NCBI GenBank assembly: GCA_002269645.1
Contig: NIVC01002008.1
Coordinates: 1 to 28,664 of the forward strand
Length of the DNA: 28,664 nucleotides
Origin: Macrostomum lignano
Lineage: Eukaryota
Direction of reading: 5' to 3'
Each line of letters begins with the position of its first letter. Within the stretch, counting starts at the first letter, position 1. Under the pieces are notes generated by a model that was not told the DNA's origin, ran no database searches, and was given only the letters and a program-made list of their open reading frames with translations. Of this stretch, positions 1 through 11,920 are shown one piece after another. The position numbers and the translations under genes were made by a program.

Positions 1-86
1 TTACTTAGCTTCTTTAATAACCCCACTATTATTAGTAATATTAATATAATATCTCATTGATAAATTTATCTCAAATCGCTCCGCAG

Positions 87-580
87 AGACCGATCTGCAC
101 AATGTAATCAAACGGGGCAACATTTTGAAAGAGGTGCACAAGCAGTACATCATGTACAGATGCTCAAAGCTACGATGTACATTCACTCTGGCAATTGCGT
201 ACACCGCGACCAGAAGCCTAGCAATGTACTGTTAGACTCGGATTGTTTTGTTAAACTGTGCCGATTTCGGTTTGGCCAGATCGCTTAGCCAGACTAAGCG
301 GCAACTGCAACGGCCGGACACAGATCCTGCTCTCACCGAGTACGTTGCCACCCGCTGGTATCGAGCTCCGGAGATTCTTTTAGCTTCGCGGCGCTACACA
401 ACCGGCGTTGATATGTGGTCTCTAGGCTGTATACTAGGCGAGATGCTGCTTGGTAAACCGTTATTCCCGGGCAGCTCGACGCTAAATCAAATTGAACGAA
501 TTGTATCGGCTATTTCGCCTCCGACTAAAGAGGAGATCGCTAGTATTGGTAGCAACTATGGGGCCAGCATCTTGGAGAAG
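87..580 (+). CDS. MAPK15: MAPK15/ERK7-8 kinase-domain exon (internal; gene starts upstream of window); contains two 1-nt frameshifts
   Basis: Acceptor ccgcag| at 86, donor |gttagt at 581. Piecing frames together gives [24 protein letters not shown](Q)[41 protein letters not shown]...[25 protein letters not shown] plus TEY (335-343) is the MAPK15 signature. One base is missing near 157 and one is extra near 261. Confidence 0.93.
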
Positions 581-633
581 GTTAGTAGTTGGCATTTTAC
601 CTCGCTGTAATATTTAAGCTCCTGAATAATTCT

Positions 634-1580
634 GATGGTAGCTTTAATACCAATGGTTGCTAATCCTCACTCCCCATTAATCCAAATGGTAGCTAATCCT
701 CACTCCCCATTAATCCCAGTGGTAGCTAATCCTCACTCCCCATTAATCCCAATGGTAGCTAATCCTCACTCCTGATTAATCCCAATGGTAGCTAATCCTC
801 ACACCCACTAATCCCAGTGGTAGCTAATCCTTACTCCCCATTAATCCCAATGGTAACTAATCCTCACACCCATTAATCCCAGTGGTAGCTAATCCTCACA
901 CCCATTATTCCCAGTGGTAGCTAATTCTCACTCCTAATTAATCCCAATGGTAGCTAATCCTCACTCCCCATTAATCCCAATGGTAGCTAATCCTCACTCC
1001 GATTAATCCCAAGGGTAGCTAATCCTTACTCCCCATTAATCCCAGTTGTAGCTAATCCTCACACCCATTAATCCCAGTGGTAGCTAATCCTCGCACCCAT
1101 TATTCCCAGTGGTAGCTAATCCTCACTCCTAATTAATCCCAAAAATCCCAATGGTAGCTAATCCTCACTCCCCATTAATCCCAATGGTAGCTAATCCTCA
1201 CTCCCCATTAATCCCAGTTGTAGCTAATCCTCACTCCGATTAATCCCAGTAGTAGCTAATCCTCACTCCGATTAATCCCAAGGGTAGATAATCCTCACTC
1301 CCCATTAATCCCAAGGGTAGCTAATCCTCACTCCCCATTAATCCCAATGGTAGCTAATCCTCACTCCCCATTAATCCCAGTGGTAGCTAATCCTGCTTTC
1401 TGATTAATACTAATGGTAGCTAATCCTCACTCCGATTAATCCCAATGATAGCTAATCCTCATCTCTATTAATCCCAGTGGTAGCTAATCCTCACTCCGAT
1501 CAATCTTAAGGGTAGCTAATCCTCACTCCCCATTAATCCTAGTGTTAGCTAACCCTCATCCCCATGAACTAATCCCTATA
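634..1580. repeat. 32-33-bp intronic minisatellite (GGTAGCTAATCCTCACTCCCCATTAATCCCAAT), about 28 copies
   Basis: Direct reading; fills the MAPK15 intron almost up to the acceptor. Confidence 0.95.
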
Positions 1581-1592
1581 CATCAATCACAG

Positions 1593-1796
1593 GCATCGTC
1601 AGGCCGACCAGCTCGGCCATTGGAGTCGATTCTACCAGCTCAAGTTGATCCAAACGCCGTGGATCTACTTCATAAATTGTTGCAATTTAGCCCAGATCGA
1701 CGAATCACAGCGGCCGAAGCGTTGCGTCATCCCTATGTGCGCCGGTTTCACTCGCCTACTGAGGAGATCACTCTCAATAGGGACGTTGCTCCGCCT
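1593..1796 (+). CDS. MAPK15: MAPK15 exon (kinase subdomain XI)
   Basis: caatcacag| acceptor, |gtgagt donor, phase 0-0. Encodes ...AVDLLHKLLQFSPDRRITAAEALRHPYVRRFH... Confidence 0.92.
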
Positions 1797-1880
1797 GTGA
1801 GTGTACTTTTATTATAAAATGGTTTTTAAATGCACTTTTGTTTTTCAAGTGTACTTTAATTATATTGGATTTTTTCTACG

Positions 1881-2513
1881 TGTTAATGTGCCATCTGGGA
1901 CTGTTAAGGTGCCATCTGGGACTATTAATGTGCCATCTGGGACTATTAATGTGCCATCTGGGACTGTTGAAGTGCCATCTGGGACTGTTGAAGTGCCATC
2001 TGGGACTGTTGAAGTGCCATCTGGGACTGTTGAAGTGCCATCTGGGACTGTTGAAGTGCCATCTGGGACTGTTGAAGTGCCATCTGGGACTGTTGAAGTG
2101 CCATCTGGGACTGTTGAAGTGCCATCTGGGACTGTTGAAGTGCCATCTGGGACTGTTGAAGTGCCATCTGGGACTGTTGAAGTGCCATCTGGGACTGTTG
2201 AAGTGCCATCTGGGACTGTTGAAGTGCCATCTGGGACTGTTGAAGTGCCATCTGGGACTGTTGAAGTGCCATCTGGGACTGTTGAAGTGCCATCTGGGAC
2301 TGTTGAAGTGCCATCTGGGACTGTTGAAGTGCCATCTGGGACTGTTGAAGTGCCATCTGGGACTGTTGAAGTGCCATCTGGGACTGTTGAAGTGCCATCT
2401 GGGACTGTTAAAGTGCCATCTGGGACTGTTAAAGTGCCATCTGGGACTGTTGAAGTGCCATCTGGGACTGTTGAAGTGCCATCTGGGACTGTTGAAGTGC
2501 CATCTGGGACTGT
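1881..2513. repeat. 21-bp intronic minisatellite (GTGCCATCTGGGACTGTTGAA), about 30 copies
   Basis: Near-identical copies; explains the four overlapping repetitive ORFs. Confidence 0.97.
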
Positions 2514-2591
2514 GGGTTGACAATTGGGAATTTTGTATACACCTCACCTCAACATTTGTTTAAAAAAGACACTTTTCTCGATACTATGCAG

Positions 2592-2945
2592 GTCGACGAC
2601 AACTCGCAGCTAAGCGTATTGGAATACCGCAACAGATTGTACGAAATGATTCAAGCCAGACAGGCGGCCAGGCGTCAGCGACGACGCGATGAACGACGTC
2701 GACGACGGAGACAGCAGCAACAGGAGGTGGAGGGCCAACAGCAGAACCGTCAAGATGATGACGAAGCCACCGTAACGGAGCCACTGTCTAATGCCGACTA
2801 CGACGATGACGTCACGCAGGCGTCGGTAACTGTGTCGGCGCCTGCTGTTGCCGGCTCCGGCGCCTCAGGTCGAGGACTTCAATCGGCGTCGACGCGCCGA
2901 CGCTCAGCTGGTCGAGCTAGTCGTCGACAGCAGCAGCAGCAGCAG
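2592..2945 (+). CDS. MAPK15: MAPK15 exon (end of kinase fold, LIR-like YEMI, low-complexity tail); the donor could instead be at 3059
   Basis: tatgcag| acceptor, phase 0. VDDNSQLSVLEYRNRLYEMI resembles the MAPK15 L16 region; YEMI (2640-2651) corresponds to the human YQMI LC3-interacting motif. Donor is gttaga at 2946 or gttagt at 3060. Confidence 0.85.
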
Positions 2946-3117
2946 GTTAGAATCCCATATAGATTATGGAGTAGTCGTGAATATCGTAGGGCTCGCTGCG
3001 GTCATGCAATGATGCAACCCACAACCAGCACTGAGGCAATACTATACGAATTCACGCCTGTTAGTTAGATCGTCCAATTTACTAAACTGTTATTTTACTA
3101 ACAAATTAATCCACTAG

Positions 3118-3312
3118 GTGCAACAGCAGCAGGTTCCGTCGGGTAATCAACTGTCCGCATCGTCAGTTCAATTGCGTCGAACAATAGGCCTAGCTGACAA
3201 TTCTTCAACGTTACCAAGTGGCACTGGAAATTATAGTACGCGCGGGCCGACGCCTTTGACTATGACATCATCTGTATTGCCAGTTTTTAATGGCGGCTAC
3301 GGTCAGACTATG
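3118..3312 (+). CDS. MAPK15: MAPK15 C-terminal tail exon (S/T/Q-rich)
   Basis: ccactag| acceptor, |gtaagg donor, 195 nt, open frame, phase 0-0 compatible with neighbours. No motif-level homology. Confidence 0.7.
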
Positions 3313-3445
3313 GTAAGGTGGTAAGGTGATAAGGTGGTACTTTTGTACTTGTTTCAAAAGCTAAAATCAAAAAAAAATTTTTGTTTATTTATTTTTGGCA
3401 ATTATATCTTTTAAAACGACTAGTTGTATGAAGTAAAAATTCCGT

Positions 3446-3561
3446 GGGGTCGTACTATAACGCTGTCGTAGCGTAAGTTGGATCGTACGTCGGAACTTTT
3501 ACACTGCTGAGATAGGAGCTAAGAACGATCTTATCTTATGATGGCTTTATAGAACGGGCCC
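3446..3561. mobile_element. 116-bp MITE, PIF/Harbinger-like, in a MAPK15 intron
   Basis: Imperfect 15-bp TIRs (GGGGTCGTACTATAA and TTATAGAACGGGCCC, 12/15 complementary), flanked by CGT on both sides (3443-3445, 3562-3564). The TIR resembles that of the element at 21977. Confidence 0.55.
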
Positions 3562-4717
3562 CGTGTCTGTTTAACTGAGTTGTTAATATTTATTATCCAA
3601 TCAGGGGTGGGTGGGTCACTTTGCGATTCCATAATATTGACCGTGGGTTTTGTTAGTGAAATTCCACGCAACTTATTGTGGCCAGGAAGTGGTTTAGATA
3701 GCTAGCAGTGTGCAGTGTGCGTATAATTGAAGGTTAGTTTACGACTGTAACGAACTATCGCAAGATTGGAGATTAGCGGGACCGGGAGAAAAGGACAACG
3801 AGACACCGAAATTTACGAGCAAGGTGACGAGAGCAGGTTTTAAATAGGTGCGTATTTGTGTGCAATGACTAATTTTCTAAATCTCGTTCCCTCCAAAATC
3901 TGTAGAAGCCTCGCTATTGGCCGGCTCCCTTAATAATGCTGCAGCAGCGCTCTTATCAGTCCGCCCTTAAAAAACTAATAAAATAGCCGGCTGTTCTATA
4001 GACTAAAGTGAGAGACGACTTCGGAATAAAGTCTGTGTCTTTCTGCCCCGCCCCAACACCCCTAACTGTACAGCGTTTTCGTCTAAATCTCAACCCTCTT
4101 TCCTCTCCACCCTGTGCGTACAAGTTTATCTCAGTATGTACATTGCCCAATGTACACTTCTCGTTATAAGTTCATATAAAACCTCTCTCTTCCCTTCACC
4201 AGTCTGCTCCAGTTTTGACGACCTATTCTGTCTGTCTAGCTTTAATCAACCCCCCGGCCCTAGCAGCCTTAATAGTGTTTGTTTGTGCCTTGTTATATAT
4301 AGGCTTTAATTTAATGGACCTGCTCCGCTCTGTCGCGTGTCATTTGTGTGCTATTTAGCGCACATCTTTCTGAAATGTTTAGTCTCAGCCTTGTTTCGAA
4401 TTTCTCTGAGAAGGCTAGCAAAACCGGTGAAGAAGGTCTCTAGAAAAAATGCCCTTCGACTGCAATCGTGGATATAAAGCTGTGAACTACGACGATTCTT
4501 AATTTTGACCTTCTACCGTCCTGAAACTTTCTAAGCATCCTAATGCAAAAGTAAGTACCCTAGCGATATTATAAATTGAATGGATTTTATTAGGCCAAGG
4601 CATTACTATTGTTGGTGACCTTGTAGTGACCTTTTTGTGTCTCGTTAAAATTCGATCCAAAATATTACTTTTTACATTACTCATTAGGTTATACGATTTG
4701 TTTGCTCTTTTTTTCAG

Positions 4718-4843
4718 CAACTAAACTTAGAGTCGCCTAATTCTTCTAATTTGTCGTCGAGTCGTCTGTCTACTAATAATAATGATAATAATAAGTTTTT
4801 CACTGACGAATCCGAACGACTATGGAGTCGCCATATGCAGAAA
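4718..4843 (+). CDS. MAPK15: Candidate MAPK15 tail exon (possibly cassette)
   Basis: Strong ctttttttcag| acceptor, aaa|gtaaac donor, 126 nt, phase 0-0, open frame QLNLESPNSS...RLWSRHMQK. Confidence 0.5.
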
Positions 4844-5043
4844 GTAAACTACATTATTACAGCTTGTTTAGATCGCATGCATGCATGCGTTTTATTTTTC
4901 TCCTTTATTACATTCATAATTGTTTACTTCTATTAGAATTTGAAATTGCTTTCTTTGTCTTAATTTGGTCTTTGTTAATTTCTGTGGCTTACGAGTCATT
5001 GTTAATTAATGACAATCCTTGTCCTTACCTTGACCTTGTTTAG

Positions 5044-5349
5044 AACTCTGCCGCGGCTTCGGCGGCCGCTCTCCTAGCCGAGGCTAGGCGTCAACAATCC
5101 GCTCCAGTTGCTATGGAAACCGGCGGTGTTAGCGGCGACGGCGACGGCGGCTTGTACAAGCCTAGGCCGCCATTGTCAGGCAAGCGCCCGGGCGGCTATC
5201 ATATTCGGAGAAATTTTGCCGCACCAGGTAGAGTTTTAGCGCCAGCAGCAGTCGCCACCGGCGCCTCCGTTGATTCGGCCTCGGCGGCTACAACTAGGCG
5301 AGGCGCCTACAGTTTGACAGCCTCAGCTCAACAGCAGAGTCAGCGCCAG

Positions 5350-5380
<31 letters not shown>

Positions 5381-5427
5381 CAACTCAACTTCTGTACACG
5401 GGTGGTAGGCGTAAATGGATAAATTAA
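5044..5427 (+). CDS. MAPK15: MAPK15 terminal coding exon (Ala/Gly/Gln-rich, ends GGRRKWIN*)
   Basis: ttgtttag| acceptor in phase 0, GC-rich open frame to TAA at 5425-5427, polyQ tract. Confidence 0.72.
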
Positions 5428-7267
5428 TTAGTGATGAATTTTTCATGTTTTAACTATTCGTCTTTGTCAATGACCTTGAAAGTTTTAAACGGATATTTTT
5501 GATAAAATGTCAACTTTGTACTTTTACCAGTAATTTAGGTCACCGGAAACACCCTTCCCCTTTCCCTGAGCAGCGCCAAATTCAGGATGCCAAAGTGAAA
5601 ATCAGTGTGCATGCTAGCTGGCAATGAAAGAATCATGGCTTTTTCCCGGGAGGGGTCAGTCGACCCCGTTGACCCCCCCGCCCCCCCCTCTTTTGGATCC
5701 ACTAGCGAGTTCAAGCTCCGAGTTTGAGAGAATTTTATTAAGCAATATATTCGTAATTACGAAATGGTGAACGAAATTTATTTTCAGTTTCATTCGAGAG
5801 GGGTCATGACCCCCTTAATTTCCTCGGGGGAGGTCATGACCCCCTTGAATGTGTCGCAACTGTATAGGCAATAGGCAAGTAGGCAATAGGCCTAAACTGT
5901 ATTGCTAATCTATCTAATACGCTTAGATTTTCTCTTCTAGCGTTTTTGTTGTTCCTGTACTCCATGTACTTAACTGTCTCTGATTGTTTTTGCTAGATTT
6001 GGATCAAGGTTTTGTAACAAAATGTAGATTAAAACTGTTCGGAATTTGTTGCTCAACAATTATATACATATATTGTTTGTTTTGTACATCTGCTACATAG
6101 CTATAAGTATTGTGCCTTTTGTCAAGTAGTGTGCTCTCTTTTGTTGCTTTTGCTCTTTTATTAAATTGCTTGCTTGCTTTACACACAATTTTTTTTGTTA
6201 ATTGATTGTTTGCAACATTCATCTTGATGATTTTCGCTCCTCTAAGTGTTGTCACGCGTGTCTCGCCTCTTAAAAACAGATTTTTTGCTATCTTATTTTC
6301 TTTACAACCTGTGATATTATTATAAAATTGCATATTCATCATGCCTTTTTAGCTTATTGTTGTCTGTACGCGTTTTCCCACCGCTTTTTAGCCAGTAACA
6401 GTAGTACGCTTATTTCGTCATTTTGCTTGTGGCTAACCCAGCTTGTTATTTTAGTTGTAGGCACAGATACTAGAAAAACTTGATAGGCCACTCGGCACAT
6501 TTGCGTGCAAGCTACTTTCAGTTCAGTAGTAAGTAAAACAGAAGCATTTTAATGTATTTTTAAAGCCAAGGCTCATTTATTGGCTCTTACCCCCAACTTA
6601 AACCCTCAAACCGCGCTTTTCCACACTACCCCCCTCGCCCTGCCCCAATTTTTATTGCCTTTCTCAGAATTCCAGCCTGAAGCAGCCATGTACATTTTAG
6701 TGGACTGGCCAATGTACATTATTGCTGAACCAATTATAGCAAGTTGTTTACGCCTGCTAGCTTGGGGTTTCTAAACTTATCAAAGTAATTTTAACAACCT
6801 TAACTTAATAAAATAGCTTACGTATTCTTTGCGCTACTGAATTGAAAGTAGAAAGCCGTTTTACTAAGTATACGAGCCTGAGTGGCCCATCTAGTTATTT
6901 TAGTATGTGTGGTATTTTCTTTTAAATCTAGATTTTAGAGTAGAAAATGAAATCAGTTGGAACATTAATTTTATTTGACAATTTGAGCTCAAAATTTTAT
7001 TTTCATTCCACTGTGTCACTCGCCTATTTTTAATAAAACAAAATCGCCTCAAATTTCTTTTAATTGTGGTCCTCTTGTTCTTAATACTTGTTTTTTCCTC
7101 AATATAGGGACCGATTTTAAGTTAAAGTTTGTAAGTTTTTTACCAGCTATGGTCGTAATAATAGATAATTTATTATTTTTTTTACAATGCATGCGCAAGT
7201 TCTTCTCTCCAACCGGAGCTCAAGTATCTAATCTGTTATTATTATTATAAATTCCTAAATCGCTTAA

Positions 7268-7768
<501 letters not shown>

Positions 7769-7846
7769 TAAAAAGGACAACTTTGTACTTACAATGCTTG
7801 ATTAATGCTCCAAAGCAAGTTACTAGTAGTGAAAATTATGAAATAG

Positions 7847-8110
<264 letters not shown>

Positions 8111-8149
8111 TGAAGATTTTTTTAATAAAAACACAATTTCAAACTAGCT

Positions 8150-8565
8150 ATGAACACCAGTTCACACTAACTTTAAACACCAGTTTACACGAACTTTAAA
8201 CACCAGTTCACACTAACTTTAAACACCAGTTTACACGAAATATAAACACCAGTTTACGCTAACTATAAATATTCACCAGTTCACACTAATTATAAATGTT
8301 CACCAGTTCACACTAATTATAAATGTTCACCAGTTCACACTAACTATAAATATTCACCAGTTCACACTAATTATAAATATTCACCAGTTCATATTAACTA
8401 TAAATATTCACCAGTTCACACTAACTATAAATATTCACCAGTTCATATTAACTATAAATATTCACCAGTTCACACTAACTATAAATATTCACCAGTTCAT
8501 ATTAACTAAAAATATTCACCAGTTCACACTAATTATAAATATTCACCAGTTCATATTAACTATTA
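8150..8565. repeat. 25-27-bp minisatellite in GAPDH intron 2 (TTCACCAGTTCACACTAACTATAAATA), about 16 copies
   Basis: Direct reading. Confidence 0.95.
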
Positions 8566-8725
8566 ACACGATTTCGAAGACTAAAGCCACGAATTCACAA
8601 TTGCAGCTCTTTTAGCGCTGTGAAATATCAAGTTAATATTAATGTCCTATGCATGCATTTTATCATCTATATTTTAAAGTGGCCTTCGGTTTTTGATAAA
8701 ATTTTTAATTATTAATTTCAATTAA

Positions 8726-9097
<372 letters not shown>

Positions 9098-9550
9098 GAA
9101 ATGCTTTTGCGAAGCATCCATTGCGGACTTGAATTGCACTATTCAATTAAGTAGTTAATACTATTAATAGGTGTCGTTCTTATAACATAGCTTCGTTCGA
9201 CCAATTTCTATTAGAAAGCCATAATACCGTACTTGCAGTAGTAGTTACACCGCATCTAGAGATAAATAGCCACAAATTTGTGCACTCGCTTAGGCCGTGT
9301 TTCGTATGAATTCCATAATTTTTCTCGCTAGTGTTGCGCCATTGCAGATAGATTTTTAAGGCAAAAATATTTATCTACACTTACTCTTTTAATAATTAAT
9401 TAGCGCATTAGTTTCTGTCCCGTCTTAAGCAGGTTAAAGAGGCCGTCGATTTAATACATCTGTTTATTAGTTTTCCAAGCATTACCGGTTTATTCTTTCC
9501 ATTGTTAATTATTTTGTTTCCTTTATCCAGCTGTTGCTATTGAAATATTG

Positions 9551-9556
9551 AATAAA
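9551..9556 (+). terminator. Probable GAPDH polyadenylation signal AATAAA
   Basis: Canonical hexamer about 450 nt after the stop codon, followed by T-rich sequence. Confidence 0.5.
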
Positions 9557-9954
9557 TATAAAATACGCTTTTAGCCCTCGAAACAACAACTTTTTGGTTA
9601 GCGTTATCAAAATCGAATTTAACAAATTATTAGCAATATCTTTTTTTATTTATATTTATAGAAAACAAAAATTTTATTATCGTCTGAAAATGTTCAAAAA
9701 TATTTATAATATTCATATATATTTATCTAGAAATCTTAGGGCAACTTGGCCGTACATACAACTCTTGCGAACGAAAACTCAGATTTTTCAAATCTTGTCT
9801 CCTATGTCCGTGTAGGCACTTGCAGATTTAAAATTCGTAAAACCTAATTCACATCAAGCTGTGAAGTCTTATAAAATCTAGCTATCTATACTCACTCTGT
9901 CCTTTTTGAATGATCGCGAACTCACATTCGTATCTATGAGCGTAGACTCCCTGC

Positions 9955-10450
9955 TCGTGCACATCTACTCTCACCTAGATTTCCCGCTCACGTCTATTCT
10001 CACCTAGATTTCCCGCTCACGTCTATTCTCACCTAGATTTCCCGCTCACGTCTATTCTCACCTAGATTTCCCGCTCACGTCTATTCTCACCTAGATTTCC
10101 CGCTCACGTCTATTCTCACCTAGATTTCCCGCTCACGTCTATTCTCAGCTAGATTTCCCGCTCACGTCTATTCTCACCTAGATTTTCTGCTCACATCTAT
10201 TCTCACCTAGATTTCCTGCTCACATCTATTCTCACCTAGATTTCCTGCTCACATCTAGTCTCACCTAAATTTCCTGTTCACATCTAGTCTCACCTAGATT
10301 TCCTGCTCACATCTATTCGCACATAGACTGGCTGCTCGCTTCTAATCTAACCTAGATTTCCTGCTCACATTCTCACCTGCACTGTCTCATCTCATCCAGA
10401 CGGGCTGCTCATTTTCTAATCTCACCCAGACCGGCTGCTCATCTCTTATC
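9955..10450. repeat. 29-bp minisatellite (TCTATTCTCACCTAGATTTCCCGCTCACG), about 14 good copies, then degenerate
   Basis: Direct reading; lies immediately upstream of the KDM1B-like acceptor. Confidence 0.93.
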
Positions 10451-10453
10451 TAG

Positions 10454-11149
10454 GATCGCAGCCCACTGTTTCTAAGAAACACAGACCAAATATCTGTCTT
10501 CTGAAACGCAAACGCGAACCCGATAGCTCTGACTTCGTCGGCAGCCGCGGTGCTCTCGAAGGCTGCACAAAATCTGGTTGCGGCGAGTCTCAACCGGTCT
10601 GTTTCGCCCGCCTATCGTCTCGTTGCGTCGCTATAGCAACAGAATCTAATTCTAAAACGTCGCGTTGGTACCACCTGAGCAGGTGGGAGCACTATTGCAA
10701 CGCCTGTTTTGAGCTGTGCTATCGAGGCCGGTTATCCAACGAATGGGCACCTAGTTGGGTTGCTCAGCTCAGATCGGCCTGGTTGCGTGCGGAGTGCCGC
10801 CAGCCCAGCCCCAGGGAACTGCTGGCTAACGCCGCACTGCCCTACTGGGCCTCTTGTCGAGACTGCGGCCGGTGGAGACAATTGGACACTGGCTCGGATT
10901 GTAATAGCGATAACTATTATAACTTGTTGCCAAGGCGTTTGTTAGAGTTTCGATGCAGTAATTGCGACGAACCCGAACACCCGGGCGTGGCTTGGGCCGC
11001 GTCGGATCCTGATTTCCTGTCCAGCCTGGCTGCTCCTGTGCTGCTGCAGGACAACTGCTGTAGAAGGCTGCTGCTGTTCGACTCCAAGTTGAACGGCTGC
11101 AGGCCTTTAAGCGTTGGTCTGGCGCCTCTGCCCGGTGATCAGCTGATTG
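10454..11149 (+). CDS. KDM1B: KDM1B/LSD2-like exon: C4H2C2 zinc finger and zf-CW (5' boundary uncertain, 10454 or 10462)
   Basis: The frame is open from 10420 and reads CTKSGCGESQPVCF...SRWYHLSRWEHYCNACFELCYR...PSPRELLANAALPYWASCRDCGRWRQL...CDEPE...APVLLQD. This parallels LSD2 CEKAGC..PVCF..SRWYHLSCGEHFCNECF..QLPYWVQC...KWRQL. Donor g|gtaggg at 11150, phase 1. Confidence 0.88.
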
Positions 11150-11379
11150 GTAGGGCTTAGCGGTAAAATGCGTCCCCTGGTTCGATTCCTGGCCAAATTC
11201 ATTTTGGAGCTTGTCAGGGCCGCTGCACACTCTTTGAGCGTGTGCATGAGTGCGTGCTTGCATACAGTATTGGCGAGTTTGTATGTGCTCAGTAGTCAGC
11301 GGAATGGGCAACATTGCTTCACAGCGCCAGTGGTGGGACGGTGTCGCCGAAGGCGTTTTCCAACAGCCCTCCTACTTCG

Positions 11380-11810
11380 GGAGGCAGATGTAGGGATCGA
11401 GAGGCGGATGTAGGGATCGGGAGGCGGATGTAGGGATCGAGAGGCGGATGTAGGGATCGGGAGGCGGATGTAGGGATCGGGAGGCGGATGTAGGGATCGG
11501 GAGGCGGATGTAGGGATCGAGAGGCGGATGTAGGGATCGGGAGGCGGATGTAGGGATTGAGAGGCGGATGTAGGGATCGGGAGGCGGATGTAGGGATCGG
11601 GAGGCGGATTTAGGAATAGAGGTAGATTTAGGAATGGGGAGGTAGATGTAGGGATGGTGAGGTAGTTGTAGGGATGGTGAGATAGATGTAGGGATGGTGA
11701 GGTAGATGTAGGGATGGTGAGGTTGATGTAGGGAAGGTGAGGTAGATGTAGGGATGGTGAGGTAGATGTAGGGATGGGAGGTAGATGTAGGGATGGGAGA
11801 TTTAAGGGAG
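11380..11810. repeat. 20-bp purine-rich minisatellite with two subtypes (GATGTAGGGATCGGGAGGCG, then GATGTAGGGATGGTGAGGTA)
   Basis: Direct reading; KDM1B-like intron. Confidence 0.95.
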
Positions 11811-11920
11811 GCTGGAAGATAGAGGAAGTGGATGAGGAGGCCCAGACTCTAAACCTCATCAGCGGTGTCCGAGTTCAGTCCACAACCAGATCGCTTCTTC
11901 CCCTCCCCGCCGCCCTTTAG

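Noticed and set aside
1801-2563. Long ORFs VPSGTVE / CHLGLLK / SPRWHFN / MALQQSQ repeats
   Set aside because: They are translations of a stop-free 21-bp intronic minisatellite lying between well-defined MAPK15 splice sites.
3580-4720. Possible decayed LTR or retroelement fragment on the minus strand
   Set aside because: There is a TATA-like site and short ORFs, but no second LTR, TSD, PBS or RT/integrase motif that I can recognise.
6004-6342. 112-aa minus-strand ORF
   Set aside because: AT-rich, no motif, intergenic; consistent with a chance ORF.
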